Shown here in pieces: positions 30,501-39,874 of a stretch of DNA of 64,000 nt. Position 1 is the stretch's first letter, and each line of letters begins with the position of its first letter. Below the pieces are notes generated by a model, which had not been told where the DNA came from, did no database searches, and was given only the letters and a program-made list of their open reading frames with translations. A program made the translations under genes and the position numbers. Origin of the DNA: Botryllus schlosseri (Eukaryota); NCBI GenBank assembly GCA_051294905.1, contig CM119371.1, positions 31,684,001 to 31,748,000 of the forward strand, given 5' to 3'.

Positions 30501-31123
30501 CGAAAAACAAGGGTTTGGATTTTGAGGTAACATATTGGAACCCGTTGACTGATCCGGCCCGCAAGTGGTTTGGAGGTTTGAATCTGGCCCGCGACGCAAG
30601 TTGAGTTTGACACCCCTGGTTGTAGAGATATAAAATCGATATATGATACTCTCAGCATAGGTCTGGTGAAAAGACCAATAGAAATTGAGCAGCAATATAA
30701 AACTCATACAACATCAACAACTCCTGGTTTATACCATAAACGTTAAAATCGATATTCTTCAAATACATTTGAACCACCTTCCGATATCACTCCCATACTC
30801 CAATTTCTATTCTGCCTACGGTTCCGCCCATAAATAATCAATAATTTCTTTTTTTCGGACATAGCATGCAGCATATTGTAATACTTACACACAATCCTTT
30901 GAGCCGTCACAAAATTTCGATATTGGAATACATCTTTCGTCATCCGAGCACGCAAATTGTCTGCTCTCGCATGCTAAGCCTGAAATGCATTTGATACTGA
31001 ATTGCCTAAAAAATGTCGAATATTCTTCAGTAATAAAAAATTACCGTCACTGATGTTGAATATCAGCGTCATAGCTACCGTTGGAATGTAAATACAGATG
31101 GCTTTGAATCCCAGGCTTTGCAT
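450..31123 (-). CDS. Gene B (3'-partial, spliced): signal peptide + >=7 tandem atypical LDLa/Cys-loop modules; probable LDLa-repeat GPCR paralog of gene A, continues past the left edge
   Basis: 15 exons with GT-AG boundaries and compatible phases: 31045-31123, 30889-30979, 26291-26436, 25862-25955, 22259-22392, 19186-19276, 18690-18871, 12601-12691, 10441-10583, 8428-8518, 5039-5193, 3964-4054, 2958-3112, 1453-1543, 450-589. Spliced ORF of ~591 aa with no stop. Each junction rebuilds C(D/N)GxxDC|xD(G/R)SDE. Confidence 0.88.
1453..1543 (-). CDS. Gene B exon A7 (LDLa N-half, 91 nt)
   Basis: GSSCKSQEFSCSDGSKCISRRLFCNGKPDC; donor gtaagt. Confidence 0.9.
2522..2704. mobile_element. Short MITE
   Basis: Ends CACTATTCCCTCTAAG / GGAGGTAACATTG; TSD GCCACAGC/GCCACAAC; copy at 32989-33154 (TSD GAAAGGAT/GAAAGGAC). 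Confidence 0.75.
2958..3112 (-). CDS. Gene B exon B6
   Basis: DGSDEPPLRQFNASYSHHDIACRGKSRNLKVGKFVCMLPKRLTSLHEKLCD; donor gtgaga. Confidence 0.88.
3964..4054 (-). CDS. Gene B exon A6 (LDLa N-half, 91 nt)
   Basis: GSSCKVNEFACEDGSRCIAIRLFCNGNWDC; donor gtgagt. Confidence 0.9.
5039..5193 (-). CDS. Gene B exon B5
   Basis: DGSDEPPLRNNTMRYDDDVIFGRSRKLRSARVSSVCVLSPHHVRYKEEICA; donor gtatgt. Confidence 0.86.
6340..7579. mobile_element. hAT-like MITE with GGAGCC/GGAGCT subterminal repeats
   Basis: TIR CAGGGCTTTGG / CCAAAGCCCTG; exact 8-bp TSD GTTAAAAC. Confidence 0.9.
6763..7414. mobile_element. hAT-like MITE nested in 6340-7579
   Basis: TIR CAGGAATGGCCAACC / GGTTGGCCACTCCTG; exact TSD ATATAGAC; related copy at 50395-51109. 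Confidence 0.9.
8428..8518 (-). CDS. Gene B exon A5 (LDLa N-half, 91 nt)
   Basis: NSDCINGEFSCLDGSQCIEREKFCDEKIDC; donor gtaagt. Confidence 0.9.
8886..9823. mobile_element. MITE with GTGAAC/GTTCAC subterminal motifs
   Basis: TIR TAGGGATGGTGTGAAC / GTTCACACCATCCCTA; flanked by GTGATA; partial copy at ~17620-18181. Confidence 0.85.
10441..10583 (-). CDS. Gene B exon B4
   Basis: DGSDEILRYHSDVYSNNLTSCRGGWIYSDTVNVCMVSTEAAEIMPCK; donor gtgaga. Confidence 0.86.
10661..11090. mobile_element. MITE (TAGGGTTGCATT family)
   Basis: TIR TAGGGTTGCATT / AATGCAACCTTA; exact TSD GTGATTAC; copies at 29729-30260 and 40536-40975. Confidence 0.88.
12601..12691 (-). CDS. Gene B exon A4 (LDLa N-half, 91 nt)
   Basis: GSTCSEGEFSCLDGSQCVLYEKFCNGIADC; donor gtaagt. 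Confidence 0.9.
13379..14676. mobile_element. Foldback/Mutator-like element with inverted minisatellite arms
   Basis: Left arm GGCCCTGT+(GCTGTATCA)n-like, right arm (TGATACAGC)n+ACAGGGCC; 9-bp TSD CGGCGAATC/CGGCAAATC; contains a fragment (~13967-14450) related to 61793-63360. Confidence 0.8.
16064..16325. repeat. Minisatellite, ~15-bp unit ATTCTCGGTAATNGT
   Basis: Roughly 17 degenerate tandem units visible. Confidence 0.9.
16668..17619. mobile_element. MITE of the GACTCGAGTC-rich family
   Basis: TIR CAGGGTTGTAA / TTACAACCCTG; many GACTCGAGTC/GACTTGACT motifs; relatives at 35452-36013, 51121-51475, 51601-52157, 54190-54312 and 5420-5541. Confidence 0.8.
18690..18871 (-). CDS. Gene B exon B3
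   Basis: DGSDEPPYRYRNTSYDPNTRICHGISWGYHVIAGRQQKGWGTRICLLSQNLEPVESDICQ; donor gtgaga. Confidence 0.88.
19186..19276 (-). CDS. Gene B exon A3 (LDLa N-half, 91 nt)
   Basis: SDNCASTSFACQDGHGCIDDIRFCDGITDC; donor gtatgt. Confidence 0.9.
21047..21987. mobile_element. hAT-like MITE with (AGTCA)n / GACTCGAGTC subterminal arrays
   Basis: TIR CAGTGTTGGGAT / ATCCCAACACTG; exact TSD GTATCTAT. Confidence 0.9.
22259..22392 (-). CDS. Gene B exon B2
   Basis: DRSDEIYHYSSSFGGKLSATMCRRNDRTCNITTPFIKDKELFCE; acceptor tttag, donor gtattt. Confidence 0.8.
23035..25602. mobile_element. Non-autonomous DNA transposon with ~660-bp terminal inverted arms (foldback-like)
   Basis: Termini TAGGGTTGTCCAAAATTTGGAAAA / TTTTCCAAATTTTGGACAACCCTA; exact 8-bp TSD ATGTTTAT (23027-23034, 25603-25610); arms ~23035-23697 and ~24938-25602. 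Confidence 0.92.
25862..25955 (-). CDS. Gene B exon A2 (LDLa N-half, 94 nt)
   Basis: GSTCKFLHEFPCADGSQCIPKSGFCNGMANC; donor gtaagt. Confidence 0.9.
26291..26436 (-). CDS. Gene B exon B1
   Basis: DGSDEPYRTSNISASSSIIVCGRKTSMFTRRVCILPSQLYAHKDELCQ. Confidence 0.88.
26985..28125. mobile_element. hAT-like MITE (GGGAACC / GAGCCATA family)
   Basis: Ends AGGTGGTCGGGAACC / GGTTCCCGACCACTG; TSD TCATAAGG/CCATAAGG; related ends at ~19378 and ~55841. Confidence 0.72.
28144..29423. mobile_element. hAT-like MITE with AAGTAG/CTACTT subterminal repeats
   Basis: TIR CAGAGGTGGTCA / TGACCACCTCTG; exact TSD TAAGTTAG; inverted copy at 52395-53693. Confidence 0.9.
29729..30260. mobile_element. MITE (same family as 10661-11090), nested
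   Basis: Ends (T)CAGGTTGCATT / TGCAACCCCA; degenerate TSD ATTTGCAG/TTATGCAG. Confidence 0.75.
30889..30979 (-). CDS. Gene B exon A1 (LDLa N-half, 91 nt)
   Basis: GLACESRQFACSDDERCIPISKFCDGSKDC; donor gtaagt. Confidence 0.9.
31045..31123 (-). CDS. Gene B first coding exon, signal-peptide-like
   Basis: ATG preceded by an in-frame TAG; MQSLGFKAICIYIPTVAMTLIFNISD then a phase-1 donor (gtaatt) matching exon A1. Confidence 0.72.
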
Positions 31124-34100
31124 ATTTGTGCATGCCCCTATCCACGATAATAATATTGTACAAGACTATATAGTAAACCTACAGGAAATATCCGATTATG
31201 AAGCGAAATCATTGCATTTTGACTTTCAACAACTGGACATGGCATGTTATGTGATAACCGCCGCTATCACGATTTTACCAATAATAATAACTGCACCGCA
31301 ACCGACTATTACTCACGTTGTAATGAGAAAAGATAAACTCCACACTTCATGACCATTAAAAGACACATATGCGTGATTTGATGATATTCATAATGACGAA
31401 ATAATCCAAAACTGCACATATACCCTGTTCAACAGGGCCTATTGTGAATGTGGAACGACAATATTATGATAACCATTTCGAAATGTCGAATGTTAAATTT
31501 CACGCAGCTACACGAAATTACTAATAATAAACGATAATACTTCTACAATGAAACGTACTTCATATTGAAAGAATGCTTCAGGGGCTCGGCTCAATTATGG
31601 AAAATATGATCAGTCCCTATAGCGACTATTCAATATCTACAGTATTATAATATAATATACCTAAATTCGAGGGTCTGCCAGAGTTGATCCAAGTCATAAG
31701 AAACCGACTAACTAAATCCAGTATGCACATATATTCACAACACCCGATCGAATATGTTTAAATGTCTACTGGATTCTGTTAATGTCACTCACAAACATAC
31801 AATAAATATATCCCTATAGCATAATTTGAACAGTCTAAGAAATACATAGGATATTAAGATTCTTCATGATTATTATTATCTCATATCGCGGAAGTATCAA
31901 CTACCCGGCCCGTTTAAGAATTTCGGCAGACGCTTGGAAAAGCCGTTCATAATTGTTAACTTACTATTTCAATGTTGTAACATGGTACTTTTCCGAGTAC
32001 GCAGTTATAATCGTTAGACATGCTTCACGCCAACTTGACGTCGGTCACATGCTGGCGAAAGCGATACTTCCTGAGGAATCGACTGATGAATTATGAATAT
32101 TCTATATAATGAATGTAAATCAACAGCAAAGCTTGCCAGTTTACAACACGCAAATCTATACAAAACATTCTCTGCCAAATGCCCATGTATTAAGAGGTAA
32201 ACTTGAACGGATTGTTCATTTGTAGTCAACCAATATCAAACGCAAATCACGGTGCAATTATTCGTTCCGGTTAGTAAACACCCCATTTTAATAGAATTGC
32301 GTAAATCAGCAAAAAATATATCGCTGATTCCGTTACTGCATGAAATGGTATGAGAACAATTTTCTGACTTTCTCTCTACAATGAGCGATTTACATTTGCT
32401 GCGACGCATTCCCATTTCACGATGTGATCAATCAATCACACTAAGAAATCACGTCGTGAAATCGTGCATGGTAATCCAGCAGAGCCGAGATTTCTTTGGC
32501 AAACAAAGCGTTGATGTCATAACTGCGTCTACCTCGAACATGATTATTAGGGCAAGTTTTTGTTACAGAAAAATCGTGAGAAAGTTGCACTTAATTTCAA
32601 GAAAGGGTATGAGATACTCGTAAGGTTCGGTTGTATGACCCAGCAGTTTAGGATTTGCAGGTTATGTTCTTGTTTCGTTTCATCGTTCGGTATTCAATAG
32701 ATCATGCATACACTTTTGTGTTCTTCAGGTTTGAAACCAGCATAACATTATTTCGGTATCAGCTTCTGCAGCGATGTCAAATTTGGTACTTTCTCATTGC
32801 ACGGACGACCTGGCAAAAAGCCAAACAAATACCACACCCTCAACCCCCTAGGTCTGCAAACTTGACCCAGGGTATTGCAGCAAAAGTCTGTGTTCACGAC
32901 TTAAACAAATCAATATCATGAAAAGGTCACCGAGTGAGAATGTAATTTTCGGTGGTCTCGTTTTGGCGTCCGTGAAATGGGAAAGGATCAATATTCCTTC
33001 CAAGCTGTGCGCGTGTGCAATCGAGAAGTGCTGACACGCTCTCTGCGCACAAAAAAGTGATGACTTTTTATTAGTGGTTACGCACTGTTGTCCAAGGGAC
33101 CGCGCAGTGATTGGTGAGTACGCGCAGAATCGTGGAAAATTATAGGAAACATTGGAAAGGACCTCACATTTTAACGACAGTGAACGAATCAATCAATCTA
33201 TTTTTTTACAGTTCAGGCACTGTCGTGCTTGGCTGGGGTTTTCGGACTTCTAATTTACAAGCCATTGCATCATAGATTACATTGAGATGCGGCTAATCCA
33301 TAACATAGCTGTTTGTTAAGCGAATCAAAGAGGAAATCATATTAGAATTAGTTTTAAAGCATGCTATTTAAATCACTCCTTTACATTTTGCTCAATACTC
33401 AATAAAAGTTGTAGTAAAAACTTGCATGAAAAATAGGAAAAGTTGCAAAAAGTTGAAACATAAACTTCCTACAAACAGCTTGAAACATAATGCTCCGTAA
33501 ATTCTGAGTATTTAGGAAGCATTAAAATTAGTGGAAAAAGTTGAAAAAACTTTGATTTGATATAAATGATATCAATTACATCACTTTTCTGAGATCACTT
33601 ATTTTCCAGAATGACCGAGAGACTACGATCACCTTTCCGGAATGAAACAATAACGCAAAGTTGTGCGTAACTAATTTGATTGCTAAGGTAGCAGCTCAGC
33701 ACCATCAGAACAGGTAAAGGCCGTGAATACTGCCATTGGCTAACATTTGTCGGATAAATCTGTTTGTGCGAAAACTTTCCGATACGACAGAATTCGCGTC
33801 GTCGGGAGAGGCCGCTCAAACCTTCATATGTGTGCTTTGGAGTCGACTTTTATCAAAATATGCCAACAGAAAGAGTCCGTGTACCATCTGAAAACAGTAC
33901 ATTATTGAGCTTAATCGATGTCTTCGGCTCGATTATACGAAAATTCACGCCGACGACGTCATATTTGGTGATACGATTGTTGATATACAGTGTTCTTCAC
34001 TTTTATCTGCTAGTTTCTGACGATTACCCCAGACGATTGCCAATCGAATATTTCCGGATTTATTTCAATATAAATATATTATTCAATTGTGTATTGAAGC

Positions 34101-35244
34101 TCTGTACCTCGAAGAAGCTCTTAAAATTTTCCAATTTGTCTGTAATATTGTTTTTATATGGATGGTATGATTACTGTGGGTCGTGCGAAAGATTCTTCTA
34201 ATGCCGAACCCTGCATCTGGACAAGGTACAGATGTGTAATATACTTGAGAATGACCGACGGATAAGTTTTCTAACGTGCAACAACGACATTTTGAAGTAA
34301 ACTATGTCATGAAATTGCAATGACTGGATCATCAGTGGATCTTAACCTTTACTAACCTTCTCAACAATGGTTACCATATTATGGAGTTGAAAAAAGTCGA
34401 TTTCGCTTTTATTGCTCTAAAAGTTGGTGAGTTGACTAAAAAAAGGTCATCACTTTTGTTCAATTCCCGATTTAGAGACTTCTGGGATTTTGTGGTCTTG
34501 ACTAAAAAAAAGCTCGTCACTTCCGTTCAAGCCGCAAATTTTCCGCTGTAACGTATTTAGCGTCATTTATGTCCATTTTCACTCCAATCTGTCCATTATC
34601 CTAACTGTAAAAGCTTTAAAATGAGGACGATTTGTCAAAAAGGAGGACATTTAGGCGTCATCCGAGGACAGTTTCAAAAACCTGAAAAAGGAGGAAAGAT
34701 CCTCCTAAGGGAGGACGTATTGTAACCCTATTCTCAACCGTTACACTAATCGGCAATCATCAAGTGTCCACCGAGCCACAAAATAAAAATCAATCACGTG
34801 ATACATACGCTACCCTATAACACTAGTGCACTCAATGAACTGTGTGTGCATCGACAACAGTGTCGACTGAGCAAAAAATAATTCCGCAGTTCCCTTTTAA
34901 AGACCAGCATAAAAAACCGAGGCTTCGCCTGGGTAAATCAATCACCGTTGTATTGTTCGGTGGCACCGCAACGGTCCGATACAACTGCAAAGGAAACAGC
35001 CGAGCTAGAGAATATGGCAGATGACATCGAGATTTCAGAAGGACGGGGTATCGATTTCTGATTCGAGCCTCCGCTTCCCACGACGTATTACCAAAACAGT
35101 CACAGTTCGACTATACTACTCTGGTACCTGCAACCAATGATGGTCAAATTAGACGTGTCATCACATAGGCTATCAAGTGTAAGAGTTTAATGTCACGAGC
35201 CACCGATAAACTTAGTTTTGTTTTACTTAATAATTTGTGTATTT

Positions 35245-35445
35245 TTTAAGGTTGCTGGTTCAAGTTCTAGTTGAAGTTGCGAGTTCCAAAAGTAAGCAAT
35301 TATATTACACGATAGAGCTGCGAGTTCGAAATAGTCAGTGGTTATAGTTACAGCTCTATTTGCGAGTTTAAAAAAGTTAGTAGTTATCGTTCTAGTTCTA
35401 GTTGCGGATTTCAAAAAGTGAGTAGGTATAGCTCTAGTTCTGGTT
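35245..35445. repeat. Degenerate ~41-bp tandem repeat (GTTGCGAGTT..AAAAAGT..)
   Basis: GTTGCGAGTTCCAAAAG, CTGCGAGTTCGAAATAG, TTGCGAGTTTAAAAAAG and GTTGCGGATTTCAAAAAG recur at ~41-nt spacing. Confidence 0.65.
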
Positions 35446-35451
35446 GCACAT

Positions 35452-36013
35452 CAGCGTTGTAATAACTCGAGTTGACTCGAGTTACGATTGTTTGGTAACT
35501 CGACTTGACTCGATTCATTTTTTCACATGGGAAAAATGACTCGACTCGAGTCAATTTGTGTATCGGCTCGACTTGTAGTCGAGTCATCGTGCATGAATCG
35601 AACTAAGTCATATTACTCGACAATGGGACGGCCAAGACAGACATTTCATTGTAACATCGACGAATAGTAAAGTCACCCATTATTGGTATTTCCTCTATCA
35701 GTCATGATAATGTAAAAATAGGGCCGGAAACTGGTAAGACTGAGGGAAATTACTATATTATGAATACGAGCCAATATATATCACTCGAGCAGAATTTAAA
35801 AAAAGTGTGTTGAACCGGATTGACCTCAAAACTGAACTGTAGACGCAGTGACATGGACTCGGACTCGATTCGCAACACTATGACTCCGATTTGATCCTCT
35901 ATACTCACTGACTTTGACTCGGACTTGAATCGATGGTGAATTAAAAATTACTCGACTTGACTCGAGTCAAAACTATCAAAGTGGGATTGACTTGTGACAT
36001 TGTTACAACACTG
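35452..36013. mobile_element. MITE of the GACTCGAGTC-rich family
   Basis: TIR CAGCGTTGTAA / TTACAACACTG; exact TSD TTGCACAT. Confidence 0.87.
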
Positions 36014-36093
36014 TTGCACATTTCGAAAATTCAGCCGTTAGTACATGTCTTGATACGAATCCATCTTGTAGGAATGCGCTTTTTGCCGTGTAA

Positions 36094-37284
36094 TGTACGG
36101 CCTTCGGATTCCGATCCAACCACAACACCAACCATGCAATACTATCAATTGTAACGGACTATTACAAAACCATCAAGCAAAAAGAAAATGGCTGCAGCAT
36201 TTTTATCGATCTCCGCAAAGCTTTCGACACAGTTAACCACAGAATCTTAAGATACAAGCTAGAACACTATGGAATCAGGAGTATTGCAGCAACTCTACTT
36301 GAAAGCTACCTGGCAAACCGCAAACAATTTGTTAAACTGGGGACATTAAGAACGACTACCAGAGATATAACTTGTGGAGTGCCACAAGGCTCAGTCCTTG
36401 GACCGACTTTTTTCCTCATTTATATTAACGACATTGTTAATGCATCTTTATTCCGCACAACGCTATTTGGTGATGATACTCACCTCTTCATAACCTCCAG
36501 CACTGTCGATGGTTTGCATGCATCTGTGAATAGGGAACTCCCAAAAGTGTCGAGATGGCTCCAAGCAAACAAACTAAGTTTGAATGCAGATAAGACCGAG
36601 ATGCTCGTTTTAAATAATGCCAGTCATAATTTCACTGTGAACATCAATCATAAACAAATTTCAATATGTGACTCGGCAAAATATCTCGGCGTCACCATTG
36701 ATTCCAAATTGTCTTGGAAGCAGCATATTGAATGCACAATATCAAAACTAGCTCGGTGTGTGGGAATAATGACCCGTCTCCAATCTTTGGTTTCCAGACC
36801 AGTACTACGAACCATCTACTTCTCTCTTTTCCACTCTCATCTGCAATATGGAATCGTGGTATGGGGAAATGCATACACAACATTTTTGTGCAGAATTCGA
36901 ACCCTGCAAAACCGTGCGATACGGCTGATATCATCTGTACCTTTACGTACCAATTTATCGCCTTACTACCGTAAGCATCGAATTTTGCGAGTTGATGAAC
37001 TATATCGCTTCGAAGTATCAAAAGTTGTTCACAAATATTTTTCCAATAGTCTGCCTCCTGTGTTTGATGACTTTTTCATACCTGCTAAACATGTCCATTC
37101 CCATTACACGAGATCATCGTCTAAAGGAAACATCTACTTACCCCCACCCAATAGCAACCTAACTAAGAGATCTATCGACTACTCGGGACCTATCATCTGG
37201 AATGCATTACCACCACATATCCGTGAATTGCCTTATAATCGATTCAAAAAAGCCCTACTTGACCACCTCTTGTCGTTACACTAA
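36094..37284 (+). CDS. Reverse transcriptase ORF2 fragment of LINE (no endonuclease, no natural start)
   Basis: Uninterrupted ~396 codons; the ORF track shows only the 301-aa part from an internal GTG. Confidence 0.85.
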   Translation, partial: CTAFGFRSNHNTNHAILSIVTDYYKTIKQKENGCSIFIDLRKAFDTVNHRILRYKLEHYGIRSIAATLLESYLANRKQFVKLGTLRTTTRDITCGVPQGSVLGPTFFLIYINDIVNASLFRTTLFGDDTHLFITSSTVDGLHASVNRELPKVSRWLQANKLSLNADKTEMLVLNNASHNFTVNINHKQISICDSAKYLGVTIDSKLSWKQHIECTISKLARCVGIMTRLQSLVSRPVLRTIYFSLFHSHLQYGIVVWGNAYTTFLCRIRTLQNRAIRLISSVPLRTNLSPYYRKHRILRVDELYRFEVSKVVHKYFSNSLPPVFDDFFIPAKHVHSHYTRSSSKGNIYLPPPNSNLTKRSIDYSGPIIWNALPPHIRELPYNRFKKALLDHLLSLH

Positions 37285-37581
37285 CACTGTTGCCCTACCT
37301 CGCCCAGACATTGCTTCATTGATCATTTGCTACCATTGTTTGATTTTTTTGCTATTTTCCTTTCTTAACTAAACAATTTTTACAGCCAGACTGTTCAGAG
37401 TCAAGTGTACCTGTTTGATGCTGGTGTGATCAGACTAGATGACCTTCACGGTCTTATCGATCATTCCTATCTAATACCGAATACTGTGCACGCATATTTT
37501 CTGTACCACCATCACTGCCGTTTGTTATGTATTTTGGTTCGATGAAAATAAAGACTCTCTCTCTTTCTCTCTCTCTCTCTC
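36103..37581 (+). mobile_element. 5'-truncated non-LTR retrotransposon (CR1/L2/Crack-group LINE)
   Basis: Open frame 36094-37284 with RT motifs FGFRSNHNTNHA, FIDLRKAFDTVNH, GVPQGSVLGP, LFGDDT, KYLGVTIDSKLSWKQH and GPIIWNALP. 3' UTR ends in AATAAA plus (CT)n tail at ~37546-37581. Confidence 0.93.
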
Positions 37582-39217
37582 TTGTCTGTGGCAGTCATTC
37601 AGAACGATCGCTCTGCTTCCACTACAACTGCGTGAGCACTGCACTGGCGACATTTTGATAGCACACTAAACAATGCGATTAAATACAGTTTTGTAAGACC
37701 TGGGAGCAAGAATACGAATCGGGTATTAATTGTATTTATTCAAGTCGAGTAGTGACTGACTATATTTGCAAGTACCGAAATTAGACACCTCTTTCCACGA
37801 AAACGAGGATAACAGTTTCGATATTTCTCCCTTACGCGAAAGCCTTGATGCCCCGAGTCATCATATCACAACATCCCGAACATTTAGCACAAAGCTTCGC
37901 ACGTAGCGTAATTGGCATTTCTGTGACGTCGTGATCTTCCCGCAACATTATTGCAGAGTCCAATGGAATAAGTGTGATTGAAAAGTATTGTCGTGACCTT
38001 TCGAGTAAAACCAACCAATTGACAGGCTTTTACTGATAAACGGTGTAGACCAGGGGTGTCAAACTCAAGTTGCGTCGCGCGCCGGATTCAGAACTTCAAA
38101 TCACTCGTGGGCTGGACCAGAAACATAATTCTGAAATGCTACCCATGCCCGTGTTGGCCAGTTGAATACTCAACAGCCCATGAATTATAGCGCTCTATTC
38201 TATCAACATCTTTATTCGCGGGCGAGATAGCAGCGTAGTGGTATAATCCACAGCTGCAACCCCAATGGGCTGTGGGTTCAAGTCCGACTCCAGAATTCCT
38301 ACCTAAGTGTTGGAGGTTTATCTAGACTCCTCCCCGCCATATCATCCGATGATTGCATGGTTGGTTGAATACAATTATATAAATTGCTAAAACAGTGACT
38401 TTAACGACGATGATATACGTTGGCATATTGCTAATATGGCTTTGTCTTAGTCGTAATCTGGCAATAGTCCTGTGTATGCGTTCTTATGAGGGGTACACGA
38501 TATTTAACTGTAAACACAAACGTTGAAATTTGTTTCATTATTATTATTATTATTATTATACCGCGATTGACTTTTTTTCTGGACGTTGAGGAACAAGTCA
38601 TAAGTGGACATGAATTGCGAACACAGTTTATTTTTAATATATCAATTATGTTATCCATGTAGCCTGCATATACCGGTTTGTAATTGGCGTTTTCACTTCT
38701 GTGAATAACTACGTTTAGGTCCATTTTCCCACAAAACTCTGAGCTCAGTGTGCACCTTTTTATTCTCGGAATTAGGTGTCAATGGTTGAGCCTTGTTGCT
38801 TATGGTCATTACAGTGAAACCGTAACACCACTGTCGAATGGTTATAATGTGGCCTATGAACATACTCTACATTTTCTGTCTTGAGGGATGATTTAATGAA
38901 AGTATTTCGTAATATAATTCTCAAAATTTGTGTGAAATGTACAGGATAATACAGCTCATTTGCAAAACCGCTTCGCTAGCCGGATGAAATCGTATGGCGG
39001 GCCGGATGCGGCCCGAGGGCCGTATGTTTGACACCCCTATGCTGTAGGCTATGCTACGAAGAATATAAACGTCATAACAGAAGTAAATCAGGAGGCAGAA
39101 CGCCCTACACCAGAATGATGAACTAACAGATGGACAAACGGACGAAATAATTACTAGCGGAAATGAAGAGAAGGTATGCAACTAACGGACAATATAACAC
39201 CACAAGTATCAAATGTC

Positions 39218-39223
39218 TTTATT
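39218..39223 (-). promoter_or_regulatory. Candidate polyadenylation signal of gene A
   Basis: AATAAA on the minus strand ~450 nt downstream of the stop codon. Confidence 0.3.
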
Positions 39224-39671
39224 TGGTGTTGTAGACTTTGGAACTATTTTGTTAGTTGTCGTAGTTTTCATTCCGTATGCATGCCTCCTCTTCACATCGC
39301 CTAGTCCCGGATGGATGTCTGATTTCAAAGACACTCCAAGTCGTTTCCAGGCCTTCCTATCTTTTCATTGTATCGCGGTATCGTGGTGTTTTGCATTGAT
39401 GAGAAATTCCTAATAAACTGAGCTGAAAATGGTACATATATTTTCGGTTTCGACTCCATCGACACTCGCATCGCAAATGCCCGAATATTCGACTTGAAAT
39501 CGAATCACTCAGCTGGTATACCATCTTTACCAGCCCTAATTAAAATGTGATGTTTATCCTGAGGTAGTGATGCACGACGCAGAATTATGCAATGTCAATG
39601 TTCGTTGATGAGCATTCGATACAAATGGTATATGTGGACAACATTTAGAATATTCGTGGGCATGACAGCTA

Positions 39672-39874
39672 TTAGGACGACAGAACTGCTCTCTCCGTCA
39701 TTTCCAACGGTTCAGATTGTCTCGCCGGTATGGCGGTTGAGGACCCGCAAATCCTCCGAAGCTTTTCCCAGACGATTTCAGGCAAATCCGAATAAAGCAG
39801 AGGATTCAATGCGCTGTTTATCGGCACGATGAGCAAACCGGCCGGCAGATAGACATCTTTTGGTATATCGACTC
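39672..39874 (-). CDS. Gene A terminal exon: ECL3, TM7, C-tail, stop
   Basis: GVDIPKDVYLPAGLLIVPINSALNPLLYSDLPEIVWEKLRRICGSSTAIPARQSEPLEMTERAVLSS*. Confidence 0.93.

Larger units (their letters stand above)
26737..30617. mobile_element. Older CAGGGGTGTC-family MITE split by nested insertions
   Basis: Left end CAGGGGTGTCTAACATACGGCC, right end GTTTGACACCCCTG; internal piece ~29600-29720 matches the copy at ~1903-2520; inverted copy at ~38051-39039. Confidence 0.65.

Noticed and set aside
37832..38014. Minus ORF with LIPLDSAI resembling GPCR TM7
   Set aside because: The true TM7 (PINSALNPLLYS) with correct phase and stop is at 39672-39874; this ORF lacks NPxxY and is phase-incompatible.
38228..38300. 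tRNA-like sequence
   Set aside because: No complete cloverleaf, and it continues into the shared SINE body; treated as a SINE head, not a tRNA gene.
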